A stretch of 63,242 nt of DNA, counting the filler, from Nemertoderma westbladi (lineage: Eukaryota > Animalia > Xenacoelomorpha): NCBI GenBank assembly GCA_032718475.1. It is 4 parts of 4 records of this genome, joined end to end, with 100 filler letters (N's around TTAATTAATTAA, not from the genome) between each part and the next. Parts side by side here need not be neighbours in the genome. Positions count along the whole stretch, not along the records: positions 56,067 to 63,242 come from JAUCBJ010008378.1; 3 more parts are not named here. The stretch is one strand, 5' to 3'. Positions 62,571-63,242 of this stretch are shown piece after piece. The notes beneath the pieces are model-generated. The model was not told the origin of the DNA. It saw only the letters and a list, made by a program, of their open reading frames with translations, and did no database searches. Position 1 is the first letter of the stretch. Every line of letters begins with the position of its first letter. A program made the position numbers and the translations under genes.

Positions 62571-63242
62571 AATGCCTTACAAAAGCGTAGTTCATTAACA
62601 AAATGTCAATCACTTTAACTGTCAATTTGAAGTGATTGTGAGGGTGTGCTATTGTCAATTATAAACCGAAACAAAGATTTGTTTCATTTAACAATTTTTA
62701 TTTACATAATTATGTCGTTAATTATATCAATTAATTAACTACAATGCATAAACGAATAATAAATTCCTATAATATAAATTCCGATAAATGAATATAATAA
62801 CACCAACACGTTTTTAATTCCTTAATTTAATTAGAAATGTAAATAATGCTATAAATATATTAGTTTCTTTGACGTAGGGCACTAAATACTGCACATAAAC
62901 AGATATAAACACAAACAGATTAAGCAAACAGTAAATATAATTACAATGAGTGAAAAAAATATTTTTGGTTAATTTTATTAGTTGTGTTGAAAGAGCATCG
63001 AAATGAAAAGGTTTGCACGTAATACTTCTAGCCCAACTATTTTTTCGCGCACCTACCCTATTTGAGTAAATTACATTCACACACTCAAAAGTTATTGCAA
63101 CTTTAGTCTCTGCAAGGCGAACTTCGAAACTGAACTCCATATCCAATATTGGTTTATAGTTAAGTCGGTTCCCTAGTTACGTAATAAATATTCGAGTACA
63201 ATTAAATTATTTAACATTGAGTAAGGCAGCATTTAGGCAGAA

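Overview
This is animal (probably invertebrate) nuclear DNA dominated by transposons and satellites. It is four contigs joined by three artificial 100-nt N-linkers, so adjacency across the linkers is not guaranteed. Only two host genes are recognisable: an intronless, unusually diverged SLC6 transporter (12781-14871, -) and the last exon of a CYP20-like cytochrome P450 (54847-55269, -). The standout element is an apparently intact, very young Penelope-like retroelement. It has a 1116-aa RT + GIY-YIG ORF between two ~1.65-kb near-identical direct repeats 5009 bp apart. Each repeat carries a ~9x127-bp tandem array followed by a minimal type-I hammerhead ribozyme, and the element truncates a BEL/Pao element at its protease motif. 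Other mobile elements are a Ty3/Gypsy element with both LTRs, PBS, PPT and TSD, three BEL/Pao pieces, an internally deleted RTE-like LINE, CRE-like RLE retrotransposons and several MITEs. One MITE carries seven co-oriented CTCF-like sites, and another splits a gag ORF in frame. There is also a ~10-kb foldback-like structure built from a CAA-rich satellite, and two more satellites, one with TTAGGG in most units. All family assignments come from reading motifs by eye, with no database search.
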